Shown here: in pieces, positions 38,101-50,515 of the stretch
Numbering within the stretch: position 1 is the first letter of the stretch
Layout: the number at the start of each line of letters is the position of its first letter
From: Takakia lepidozioides
Taxonomy: Eukaryota > Plantae > Bryophyta
Assembly (NCBI GenBank): GCA_030704615.1
Contig: CM060731.1
Span: 72,230,001 to 72,294,000 of the forward strand
Direction of reading: 5' to 3'
Length of the DNA stretch: 64,000 nt
Made by a program: the position numbers and the translations under genes
The notes under the pieces: generated by a model
Databases searched by the model: none
The model's input: the letters and a program-made list of their open reading frames with translations, nothing else
Told to the model about the DNA's origin: nothing

Positions 38101-41100
38101 AATCAGCAGCTGTTCTCCATCAACAAGCTTGAAACCTTGCAAGCAGAACATAAGATAGATTTAAAAAGGTTAAGGATAAGGGAGGAGAACGAAAGACTGC
38201 TGAAGGAAAGAATATCTCAGTTGGAGTGGCAGTTGACAAAGGAGCAAGAGATTCGAGGACCAGAAATGGAGTATAATTTGAAAGTGATAGAGGAGAATAT
38301 GAGTGGGGTTGTGGATGCAGATGGGATGTGTGGTTTGGAATTGAAGTTAGATAGAGCAAGGATAGAGCTAGAGAGAGCTCAAGGGCTGAACAGTAGGTTT
38401 CAGGGCCAGCTAGAATCCCACACAGTTCTAGAGCAAGATATGGATGCCACACGTTCTGAAGCAGAGACAGAAACCGCTCTGGCTATCACTTGTATGCAGT
38501 CGGAGCTGACAGACTTGAGGGATGAGGTCAATGCTGCAGTACGGAGTGAAGCAGTTGCAGAAGAGCGGGTGGCACAGCTTACCATGGAGCTCAAGTCAGT
38601 TGAACTTGTATTGAAGGATGTGCAGGAAGTGAGCCAGAGACAGGCTGGAGAGTATGAGACAATTCTCAAGGATAAAGATGCAGAGATAGATACACTGAAG
38701 AGACACTGGGACTGTTCGACAGCTAAGCTGGCTGAACAGCTAGCTGAAGGAGATCATGCCCTTACTGAGGCAGTTCAGGAGGTGGAGGAAATTTTTGGCA
38801 ACACTTTTTTTCCTAGGAAGACAGCTGGAAAGGACAGAGACTACCGGGAACTAGTATCCCAGATGGTGCAGAAACCGAAAGCAGTTGAATCCCTTCAGAA
38901 ACAGCTGCAGTGTGCTCGACAGCTGGTGCATGATGCTGAGTGCAAAGTGAAGTCCTTAAGGGAGGTTGCATCAGCAGAAGCTGAAAAACAGAAGGATAGG
39001 GAAAAGATGCTGATTATGGGGTTTAAGGAACATACGGAAGCTTTGCAGACAGAAGTGGTCTGTGGTAAGGTGAAGCTAGAGGAGTTGAAGAAGAAAGCAA
39101 CTGTTGTGTCTATTTTGGGTTGGTGGCTCTCCGAGAGAGCTGAATTACAGCAAGTGTCAGAGGATGGGATGAGAGTGGCACTTGCTAGTAGTCTTTTAGA
39201 GATACGTGAAAGAGACAGCTTATTGTTTGCCTTGCAATGTGACCTTGTACGTGGGAACACTCTGCTCGAGGACAAGGAGGTCAAACTGCAGCAACTGCTT
39301 GATGCTCAAGAGCAATTTATTGAAGAGAGGGGAAGGCAGATGCTGGATATTGAAGCTGCAAGAATGGAGATGGTAGAGAAAGACATCTTGCTAAGAGAGA
39401 TTCAGGAGGAAATCACTAGGCTGCAAGGCAACTCAGTGGCATTGGAAGAGCAGAGGGTGCAATTGACTCTAGAAAAGGAGATGCTTGAGAAGAAAGTCTC
39501 TGAAAGTGCAGAGGTACTGCCACCAGGCCTGCATGCACAGGAGAAGTCCAGTCTTGAGAAAGAGCAGACTGAGCGATTGGAAGCATTGCAGGTGCTTGCA
39601 GATGCTCTGCAGAGCCAGGTATCTCAGTTTCTTAGTTCTAGGATGTATTTGCAAAATAAGTTTTCCCCTCCCTTTATGTCTCATATCTCTCCAACTGTAA
39701 AATAGTTCAGTTCAACTAGCTGACTAGGTTAATCGTTGGTCTGTATTCTGTGGCAGCTGGAGATGAAAGAGCAGGAGGTTGTCAAGTTCAAGGAAGAATA
39801 TGCACAGAAGAATGTGGAGTGGGATGTAGTGAAAACAAACCTTATTGTTGCAGCACAAGAGGCAGATGATCATTCGTTGAAAAAAGATCAGGCCCTCACA
39901 TCTGTGCAGGAGAGTCTGGTCACCCTCCAAGCTCGGGTGAGTGATGCAGAGCTTCGAGAGTGTGCCTTGTCTGAGCGCATGGAGGAGCTTCTGATAGCAA
40001 AGGAGGAATGGGAGACAGAAAAGAAACTGTTTGAAAGGGAGGTTGCAGGTATGATGGGAGAGAAGGAGATGTTGACAGTGGATATGGAGCAAATGAGGTG
40101 TGAGTTCATTCATCGAGCGACAGTACTGGAAGAGATGCTTCAGAGAAACCAGGAGAAGGTTGCGGTTACAGAGAGTCAGATGATTGTAATACTCAGCGAA
40201 ATGGACAGTATCACGCTGGTGAAGGAGAGGCTGGAAATGGAGATGGGATCCATCAGAGATGCGATGACAGCGCTTGTATCTACTCTGGCAGAAAAAGAAG
40301 AATCCCTTCAGGTTATTCAGACTACACGTGAAAGAGCTCAGATGCAGGAGCTGGAGGATGCCAGGGATTTACTTCTTTTAGACAAGATCAAATGGGGTGA
40401 GCAGAAGGAGTTTTTAGACCTGGAACGGTGTGAAGCTGAAGAGCTGGCTGCAGCCGAGAAGACTAAGTTATATGAAGACCTAGTGGCTGCTCAGGGGGAA
40501 GTTAAAGTCATGGAAGAGAAGGTCATGGCAATGGCTACAGCCATGGGTGGATTGGAAATGGAGACAACGATGCTGAGCAGTAATGCAGAGTCTGCTAGAC
40601 TTATGCTTGAACAGAAAGAAGAGGAGGTTGCAGCAGCTCAGAGGAATCTAGTCAAGGTTGGAACATCCAGGAAGCAGACTGAAGAGAAGTTGGAGGGCTT
40701 TACAGTACTGATGGATGAGTTCTTGCTCAAAGAAGCGTGTTGGAGATCTGAGAAAGAAATCCTTAAAGCAGAGATTGAGAAGGTGAATTCATGTATGGCT
40801 AAGTTTGAGATGGAAGCTGCAGCTCTCCAAGAGGAGAGGGATTGGATTAAAATCTGCCTGCAAATAGTTCAGGAAAAAGAGATTATCGCTACAATGAATC
40901 TTCTGAGATTGGAAGAGAGCTTGGAGGTAATGGAATGCAAATGGTTCAGTGAGAAAGAACAGTTGTCCATTCAATTAGGCAAATTCCATGCCGACTTTTT
41001 GGAGAAGGAGAGAGAACTAGAAATCAACCAGGTGGAGCTTGCAAAGGCCCATGCGCTGTTGGCTGGTTCAGAAGAGAGAGTCAAATTATTTGCGGAAGCA

Positions 41101-44100
41101 AATCACTCTGTAAATGAAGAGTGGGCGACAGAACGGAAGATTTTGGAATGTAAGCAGGAATGTTTGCAATTAGAGCTATCAAGGTGGGAGCAGTGTGCTG
41201 CAGACTTGTGCAAGAGTGGGGCACAGACCGTCAGCCCTTGTAACAAAAATAGATCAGTCTCTGCTGAGAACAGAAGTAGCCGCAATGAGTATTTCGATGT
41301 GCTGAGACAGAAGGTTCAACAGATGAGGACTGAGAGCGAGACCCTAGAAGCAAAAACTCGAGAGGATGATAGCACCATTTTGGCCATGCGAATGGAGCTG
41401 GAAGTTGCAATTGCCAGTAACAAAGAGGCAGAGCTTGAATTGGAGAAGATAGTCCTGGAACAGGAAAACTTGCTGCTGATGGGTAATGAATGCAGACAGC
41501 AACTTAATGGTCTGACCTGGGAACTTGAAAATTCTCGTGGAGAGATTGAGCGTAGGCAAATGCAGGTCGAATTGTTCGAGTGCGAATTGGAAAGGGTGAC
41601 GAAGATGCTGAGGGTAGCACAAGAGGGAATGGATGAGGCAGAGGCGGAGTGGAGAAAGGTCCAAGAACAACTGGAAAAAGAGAGGGAGGAGGCAAAGCTG
41701 GATGCTGCAGCGAAGAGCACTGAAGCCACGGCTTTGCTGAAGAAGTTTGAGGATGGCCAAGCCACATTGAGGGAGGCAGAGTTGCTGGTTAATGCACTAG
41801 TACAGGCAAACGAAAGCGCCAAGTGCGATGCGATCAAGTGGAAAGTTGAAAAGGAGAGGATGGCCTCTGCGCAGGCAGAGGAGTCTGAACAGCTGTTCCT
41901 TGAGACAATGAGCATGATAGGGATACTTAAGGAAGAGGTTGATCTGACCATGGAACACCTCAGCAGGGAGTTGCAGGCCTCAACAACAGACATCCAAGAT
42001 CTGAAGATGGAGGTAAAAATGGATCTTCTGACAATGCCTATCAGGCTTCACCAAGATTTGAAGGAAGCTTTCGGGGTACAGAATGCTGAGGTGGAAAGAG
42101 CAAAAAATAGCATGGCGGGTGTGAATGATAAGGTTAGAGCTTTGGAAGCTCTAGTTCTTGAACAAGTGACTGAGCTGTCAAGGGTCCAAGGCAGACTTGC
42201 GGCCACGGAAGATGCTCTGCAGAAGTCATGTCTTGCACAGGAGGTAGCTGAGTCAGAGCTTTGTGCATGCCAAAACAGTTTAATAACTGCAGAGATGTTC
42301 ATGAGGGAAGCAAAGACGCGAGAAGTGGAAGGTGAAGTGACAAAGGCAGAGCTTAAATATTCTCATGGTGCTGTGGCTGATTTGCAGGCAGCTGTGGCAG
42401 AGAAGGAGGCTAATCTCTTAATCTTGCAGTCACAGCTGGAGCACAGCTATGGCCGTACAGTGGAGGCTGAGAGGTTTTCTACTGAAGCTGGCAGGGAGCT
42501 GCTAGAGAAAAGTGAGAAGCTAACAATGCTGACCATTCGATTGGAGGACTACCGAATGCATGTGGCTGAGCTGGAGAGGGAGAAGTTGGAACTGGACCAA
42601 GAAACTTCAAGGCAAGCAGCAGTTATTGAAGACATGCAGGGCCAGATTCGGAGACTTGTGATTGCTATTGCAGAAGAGGTAAGAGTCAATGAGGTAAAAG
42701 AGAAGGAAGCAAATCTCGTTTCTGCTCAAGACAGGAATGATTTACAAGATATCATTAACAGCCTGCAGACGGAGTTGGGGGATGCCAAACTGCAAGTCAA
42801 GGGAGCCACTGGAATGCTAGCTGCGAAGGAGTCAGCAATTACTATCCTACAGGTGGAGTTGGCAAGATGCCATGAAGAGACACTGAAGGCTCAGATGTTG
42901 CATGGTGAAACATTAGACGGCCTACGTCAGAATGAGGAGAAGGTTGCAAAGCTAACCATGGACTTAAGTCAGCTCTATGAATGTGTGAGTTCTTTGCAGA
43001 ACGAAAAACAGGGATTGCGAGAAGAAGCGAAACTGCTGCTGGGTACTTTAACAGAGTTGCAGAACCAATTATTGTGGCATGAGACTGCCCTAGAGGAGAC
43101 CAGGATGTCCGCTTCCAAGCTGGTTAAAGAAAAGGAGGCTTTGGTTGGTCTTGAACAAGAGAAGGAAACTCTCAATGCTATGCTCGTCAAGTGTGAGACG
43201 CGATTGGAGACCTGCTGCCAGGAATCTGAGGCAGATAAAGTAGCACTAAGGGAGAAAGAATGCAGAATCCATGCCCTGCATCTTGAGTTGGAGGCTAGTC
43301 ATGCACAGTGTAATGAAGTGCTCAAGTCCATGGAGGACAAAGTTGAGGAGGTGAATGTGCTGACAAAGCAGTTGGCTGACTCTCACCAATATGTCAGGAA
43401 GCTAGAGAGAGAGACTGTGAACTTACTGGAAGAAACTGTCAGTTATGAAGGCAGTTTGAAGGAGCTGGAGGCCGAGCTTCAAGAGCATATGAGTGCTGTG
43501 AAGGAAATTTGGGGTGAAATTCAGGGTTTCACTTTGGAAGTGGTAGAGGAGAAGGATGCCACTTTGCTGTTTGTGAAAGATGAGCTTAAAAAGCTCAAAT
43601 GTTTGGTGGCGAGTTTTGAAATCTGTTTGTCCACATTGGAGCGACGAGCTCAGGAAGCTGAATCAGCACTGGTTAACAGAGAATCAACAATTGCAGTTCT
43701 CCATGTAGAGCTTAAGGACTGCCATGAGCGTCTTGAGAAGGTGTCCATAGTTACTCATCAGCTGCAAGAGAGCCAGCAATACGTTGCCCAGCTGGATTAT
43801 GAGAGGGAGGGGCTGACCAAGGATCTCCAACGACAGGCTGCAGCTTCTATAGAGCTGCAAGATCAGTTAAAAAGGCACGAAAGAGCTTCCGAGGAACAAT
43901 CTCAGGCATGGCTGGACAAAGTATCAGATAGGGAGAAAGTCTTTCAAGCACTCGAAGAAAGGAATAGAGAGCTAAACTGTATGGTGGAGAATTTGAGTAA
44001 GCAGGTGACAATGCATCAGCAGCAAGGTGATGCAGCTGAAAAATCTCTCTCTGATTCCAGGATAGAGATAGACTGCTTGCAGAGGGAGCTGAAACAGAAA

Positions 44101-47100
44101 GAGGACCTGCAAAGAGGCCTAGAGGTTGACATCAGTCTGCTGCAAGTAGCGGCTGTCAAGGATCTGCATTTACAGCAGGAAGTTGTATCCTGCAAAGCCA
44201 CCATTCAGGCCCTTCAGTTAGAACTCGACTGCCAGAGGGAGGAGCTAGTGTCAATGGTACGTCAGAGGAGCAACTTAGAGGTGGAGGTTGCTAAGAAAGT
44301 TGCAGAATTGATTAAGATTGGGGAGGAACTGAAGGCCACAAATGCCAGCATTGCTGGGGATGCAGAGGAAAGTGAAGAGTTAAGACAGCAGGTGGCCAAC
44401 TGGCAAGGAAGGACTTTTGCTTTGGAGGAGGAACTGGAAATGAAGCAGAAAGTCATTGAAGGTCTGGAGGACGAGCTCCTTATGTTGGAACAAAATATGG
44501 CCCATGCCCTTGAAGATGCCTCTGGAGATTTGAAGGACCTAGAAACACAAAGGGACAAGCTTCAAACTGATTTGCTTGTGATGAGTGAGCAGCTGGAAAT
44601 GGTGCAAGCGCTTGCTGATGAGCGTGAAGCTGTTGCAGTAGAAGCCCGCCAGGTAAGAGGTTCTCACCTTGAACAAGGTGCATCTTTTCTTGATGTCCCA
44701 TCATGGCCTTTTACTAGTTTTTTCGCTGGGTTTTGAGAGCTGGTTTGTGGAACAACCAATACTTCAGAATACACTCTGTCCGTCCTAGCGAGGCATGGTT
44801 AGATACTATGAAACTATGAAACTATGATTATCTTTTGGTGCCATGTGTGATCAAATGAACCTCGTTCACTTAGTCTGAAGGATTCTATCCGACAGGTTGC
44901 GGAGCTGAGTAAGACACATGCTGAGGAGAAGGACGAAGAAGCAAACCTTCTTGGGAGATCGGTGGAAGAATTGGAGAGTACCGTGTATGCTCTTGAGAGC
45001 CAAGTATGTCATGACTGCCTTTCATGCAGCTTGTGAATGAGCCCTCTCCATGTCCTACTGTTTTTCTGCTTTGTCCTGTACAGACTTGGAAGTTCCTTCT
45101 TCTGTGTCCTGCTATTCTGTCGAAGGTATTATCTATGTGGCGATGGAAGCTCAAGTACTGTGTGTCGTCTGGGCAGCTGGGTATCCTGAAAAGGGAGACA
45201 GAAAGGCAGCGATTGATGAGGGAGGATATGGAGATGGAGCTTCAGGTTCTGAAAAATCAGATGTCTATCATGCAAGCTGCTCTTGAAGAAGCTGGAGCCC
45301 GGAGTGCTGAGGATCTTAGGGAAGCACTGTCTGCTAGTAAATTGACAGCGAGGTTGGTTATTGATATTACGTGCTCTTTCTCTTGTGGTGTGCATCATCT
45401 GCTTGATTGGGTCATGCCAAAGGTCAGCAAGTTTTGCGGAAAATGGAACAAGTTTTATCTAGCCTCTCAAGCTGTCTTGGTTGTGTGTTTCTCACTCCCT
45501 TTTTCTTCTGTTGTATGCATAGGAAAGTAGAGGAGAAGGAGGCGGAGTTATTCCAGGTGTGCAGGAAGCTGGAGAACCTCCAGATAGCCAGTGTAGACAA
45601 AGATGCCCAGGTACGCTATCACACCAAGGAAATTTCTGTATCATTAGATGCAAAGTCTTTCTGAGGTTTTGAGACATTTTTACATGTATGATACAGTTCA
45701 TTTTCAACTTCTATCGTAGAATTTCATGCACACAGACTGGAGTGAATGATCCCGCATTTTAGACTGCACGTGGAGCTAGAGCTGGATCAGGTTTTGGTGT
45801 GAACAACTGATTGTAGTGTTCTGGTGCCTATCCACAGATAAATGATTGCAAGGCCCAAATTTCAGACTTTCTGCTGGCTGCTGAGAGGCAAACGGCAGAG
45901 TACCAGCAAAAAGTATATACTCTCCCCCTACTGAATTGTCATTTCTTTGTTCCCTTGTACAAGAGTTGTTGTTTTGGATGCTTGTGGAGGGTCCCTTGTC
46001 TTTCTTGTTTCATGCTTGCTCTTGTCCCATAGCTCTTTGAGCTTCTTGCGGACATTATAATTATCATTTCATTTGTTCTACCCTGTCCCATAGGCCTTCG
46101 TGGCTTCCTGTGGACATTCTAAAGTTAGTTCTTTGACTGTCTGGTCTGCTACAAGTCGGTGGCCACTTCTGCTGCCTCTTCAGAGATAGCCAATCGCTGA
46201 CAGAATTTTCATCATAAGGACCCTGCCGGCATATCTCCATGATGCTCTCAAACTTGGAGAATGTCACAATGTGAAGACTAGGTTTTGGCTTCTTTCAGGG
46301 CACCACTTTCTTCATTGTTTCTTGCTTTCTATTGTCCCATAAGCTCTTGAGCTCTCTGCGGACATCATAAAGTAACAATTCTTTTCTTTTTCTTTTCTTA
46401 TGGAACAATAGTTTTTTATTTCTGGCTCTGATTTTGTCTCCTCTCTCTTGTTTTCTTCCACTTTGTCCCATAAGCTCTAAGAGCTTTCCGCGGACGTTAT
46501 AATGCACCATTTCATTTCATTTCATTTCTCAGCCTCTTTCTGTCTGGGCCTCCTGTGAACGTAATGAGTCTTCTCTGTTCTAGAGTTGCTATCGCACTCA
46601 GGAAGGAGAGACAGAGTAACATGTCTTTTCTCATTTCCTGCAGAACATGAGGTCTAAGGCAGATACTACTCTTTAGCGACTGCCTGTCTTTGGCAGAAGA
46701 TTCAGTTTTGACCACCCAAAGTGCCTGGGAGCTTGCCTTCAGCACTCATTCAATATTTTCTGAAGTGATTTTTGACTATTGATGAGTCGTCGGGCCACAT
46801 TACTCCTTTCATCCTTCTTCCTGAGCCAGGCTTGTCCATGAGGTTTTTGGGCTTCCATTGGTAGTTCTGAATTTCCATTGTTCTCTCCATTTGTCTCATT
46901 TACCATGCAGCATAAAGGGTTGGTGGAAGGATTCACAATGAGGTTCTAAAACAAGATTAGTTATAGTGATATTACAATTTACGAGGTGGTTTTTGGTCTG
47001 ATGGCAGTCTGTCACGGGATGATGGCTCAATATACCAAGATGAAAATGTAATTAAGATGTCTAATTGCATTGTCTTTATGTGTCATGTTTTAAGCAGCTA

Positions 47101-49921
47101 AAAGCACTGGAATGCATGGTGGAACAAGTAAAATTTGAAGAACGTAAGTCTCACCCAGGTTCTCAAACAACCCCCAGAGGAGGAGAGAAATCTGCACCCA
47201 AAGTCAAGGGTTCAGGGTCACCATTCAAATGCATTGGAATGGGGATGGCTCACCAGATGACTTCTGAGTCAGATGCTGAGCGGTTCTCTTACCAGCGTCG
47301 CATTGAAGAACTGGAAGCTTTGGCTTCCTCTCGGCAGAAAGAGGTACATTCATCTAAACACAAACCCTTCTCTGCACCACTACTTACAAATACCTGCTTT
47401 TTGGGGAGTCCATGCTGACAGCTGTTCAATAGTAGTCTTCTGACATGAAACCCAGACTACTTGGCATGGATCTAACTCTTGGTTCGCCTGAGTTGAAGGT
47501 TTTCATACTCAACACAAGGCTGGCTGAAGCTGAGAGCATGACACATGATGTTGTGCGAGATTTGGTTGGAGTTAAACTGGACATCAGCAACTATGCGGTA
47601 TGACACCTTTCTACATCTTGATGTATGTAATTTGTGGATTAGCTGGCTGTTGTTCATGTCTGTGTTTCTACCGTTATTAATCCTTTGATTATTTGATTTG
47701 CGCAGTCACTGTTGGGTCAACAGCACTTACAGCAGCTCACTCAGAATGCTCAGTGCAGAAATATTGAGGCACAAGAGAAGGTTGCTTCTGGGTCCATATA
47801 AATGCTACTTGTGGGCACCAGAACTATGTTCAGGGAAGCTTTGTACTGTTTTACCTAGAAGAGTTTAGAAGTGAAAGCTCTGCAATCTTGACACAAGAGC
47901 TGAGCCCTGCTAATGCCATGGAAAATACCATCACAGGGGAACATGTGAAGCTATCAGAAATGATCTGTTTTGAGATTTCCAGTATGAGATTACACTAGTA
48001 AATTTTAGAAATGTTGTAGCTATAACACCTATATCATTCTACATTGTAGATCTGCCTAACCTTCTCGGCGTGTTTACAGGAAACAGAATTGACCAGCTTA
48101 AGGTCCCAGATCAATGAATTCATTGAAGAGAGAGAAAGGTGAAACTGGAGACCTTTACCCTGTCTTTCCTCTGGTTGATATGAGTTGATTACAATTCAAG
48201 TTGATTACTATTCACCATTTCCTTGTATTCTGGGTCTGGGCAGCTGGCTGGAAGAAATTAACCGAAGGCAGTCTGAAATGGTAGCTGCCCGAGTGTCTGC
48301 CGAAAAGCTACGGCAGCATGAGCAAATGATGGTATCAGAGAATGGAAAGATCAAGGTATCCCCTTTGTTGTCTAAGGCTCTTTTCATGTGCTTCTGTTTC
48401 TTCTAAGCGTGGCTTGTGCCTATCCAACCTACATTGGCTGCCTGGTTTTCCAGGCGGAGAGCATCAGTCAGCAGAGACGGATAGGGGAGCTGGAACAGGA
48501 GGTCAAGCAGTTGTCAGGCCAACAAAACCTTCAGCAGCGCATACATCATCATGCCAAAATTAAGGTTCTAGACCACTTGTGACAATTTTGTTATATACAA
48601 GCAAAATAATGCATGTCTTTTCCCTGTTGTGCATTGCTTATCCCTTGGATATGGTTGATCAAAAGTGAAGGTCAGCCATACTCCTAAAGCTAGCAGTGAT
48701 GGCTTCCCATTCTGTTCTTTCCCAGTAGCTCTAAACCATCTCCCCATTTGTACCCTCAAATCCAATTGGCCGAGTTATATGGCCAGAGGTGTAAAGGTTC
48801 ATTAGGTTGCTCTCTCGGAACATCTATTGAACTGGTGGAGTTTGTAACCTCTACGAACTTCTGTGTCAGGATGAGAATATGTCACTCAGACAGCAGGCTG
48901 AAGAACTCTGTGGCAAACTACGGCGCACAGAGCTCTTGTTTGCACGTGTCAATGATGAGCTGGCACGGTATCGAGCTGCTGAAGGGAAACCCCCATTTCT
49001 CAACATTGATGAGGAGCATCTCCTCCGGGAGAAGCTCCAGGTGGGCATATCCCTTCCAAGCCTACTTCAAACTGTACACTCTTTTCTTGGAGCCCTCAAA
49101 CTTTGCCTGCTGCTTTTATTTTATGTACAAAGAAGTTTTGCCAGTGAGTTAATCTCACGGCAGAGCCTTTGATATTGGCTACTCTATGTGAAGATTAGTT
49201 GTTGGGATGTAGATAATGATTGCTTTGGATGGTGCTCTTTCTATATGGTACAGGAAGCAGACGACAACAGGATCCAAATGGCTCAAAAGCTTCTAACCAT
49301 GTGCACGGCCATCATGCAGGTATATCCAATTCTTTTGTTCGACTCTCCCTCCCTTTCTATGCCAGTTGTTGTCAGCTGTGTTTTCTCTCAATTGTTTCTC
49401 AAATGAAATTTTCTGTTTTTTCTTTCCACTTTCTGGTTGTACAGGCGGCAGGTGTTCCAGAGCCTGGAGAGATAGACCCCTCCGCGGCTGTGGAAGCTCT
49501 GCGGCAGCTGGAGGAACGGCTCCAGTCAACGGAACACGAGTTGTCAGACTTGAAACTCAAGGTACATGGCATGTCAGAGACAAAGGTGCCTAACTGTTTG
49601 AACTCATGGTTGATCTGTGTCTCCATGACTCAGATTTTTATTACTGTATGCAATGTACGCAAATGTTGAGCAGAGGGGGCTGGCATAGAATGGGGCTTGA
49701 TCATCACTTGGGTATATGTGGGGCAGACAAAGATTGCTGGAGAGAAAAGGCGGCTAAGTGAGCTTCGTGCTGTGCACTCCCCACTCAAACCCAGCAACTT
49801 CACATCCCTTCAGAGATCTTGCAGCCCTGGCCCTGCCCCCAGTGCCGTGCACTCCCCACTCAAACCCAGCAACTTCACAGCCCTTCAGAGATCTTGCAGC
49901 CCTTGCCCTGCCCCCAGGTAG
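26124..49921 (+). CDS. Kinesin-12, POK1/POK2-like (phragmoplast orienting kinesin); about 40 exons, about 3,900-4,000 aa
   Basis: N-terminal S/T-P-rich extension, then FWKDHNVQ|VLIRTRP, P-loop GQ|[39 protein letters not shown]|DSLGGNSKT and [18 protein letters not shown]. Two very large coiled-coil exons (about 37.5k-39618 and 39757-44652). POK-type C-terminal motifs [27 protein letters not shown] and [18 protein letters not shown]. Confidence 0.92.
27886..46527. repeat. Dispersed ~60-100 bp retroposon 3'-end/SINE-like family with (CATTT)n tail; about 10 copies in kinesin introns (span covers first to last copy)
   Basis: Consensus TTGTCCCATAAGCTCT(T/A)(T/A)GAGCTTTCCGCGGACATTATAA..(CATTT)n. 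Copies at about 27886(-), 29420(-), 32950(+), 33550(+), 33785(+), 34040(-), 45990(+), 46083(+), 46300(+) and 46440(+). Confidence 0.8.
30571..31479 (-). mobile_element. 5'-truncated LINE (ORF2 C-terminus) in a kinesin intron with a 19-bp target-site duplication
   Basis: CTCTAAACAGGGCATGAGA at 30552-30570 and 31480-31498. The uninterrupted ORF encodes [49 protein letters not shown], a post-RT region and C-terminal zinc finger. Confidence 0.92.
49767..49917 (+). repeat. 75-bp (25-aa) near-perfect tandem duplication at the kinesin C-terminus
   Basis: [25 protein letters not shown] followed by [25 protein letters not shown]. Confidence 0.95.
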
Positions 49922-50515
49922 TCAGGTTGGGAGGTGATAATGGTTTAGGGTTTATGGTTCAGGCTGGACGAGGGGTTCGCTCAAGGTAAAAAAGGGCCTT
50001 TATACCTGCAAGTTCAAATGAGAAAGTAGATTAGAACATGTACAGTGCCTTGTATCAATGTAAATTGATTGACGACTGGCTCTAACTCGAATTGTTAATG
50101 TAGTGCTCATTCGTCCTCAGTTTTGCACCTTTGGAGCAACATGATTTCAACTTCAATTAATCTACGAAACGCATGGACTTCTGGAAGAGTACTTAGTTTA
50201 TATGCCTGAACCTTTGAATCTCGTCAATGATGTACTTGTAGTTCCTCGAGTGTGCCTATCCTCTTCACATCCGCAAAATTCGCATTGGGAAATCCGAGTG
50301 TATTTTTGGGGTTTCCAGAGCAGTAGAGTATTGTAAATTTCAGTGTTGTGCAGGTAAGTGCGTGCAAGGTATCAGTATCAACTGTCAACCAATGTTGTCG
50401 GGCAAGTGGCCCCAAACCCATCTGTTCTTCACTCTTTTACCTCGACTCTCAATTTTGTGTAGCCTCGCCGTTGTACTGAGGCCGGTCGGGTGGGCAAAAT
50501 CCATGCGTCATCTGG

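Noticed and set aside
39888-44704. Antisense Ser-rich ORFs over the kinesin coiled-coil exon
   Set aside because: They are shadow ORFs of Glu/Lys/Gln-rich codons on the opposite strand.
37396-44736. 769-aa and 1666-aa ORFs as independent genes
   Set aside because: Both are bounded by splice sites and lie between the kinesin motor and the POK C-terminal exons; their ORF ends are intron read-through.
48356-48365. U12-type intron donor (GTATCCCCTT)
   Set aside because: It deviates from the GTATCCTT consensus, and I saw no convincing U12 branch point.
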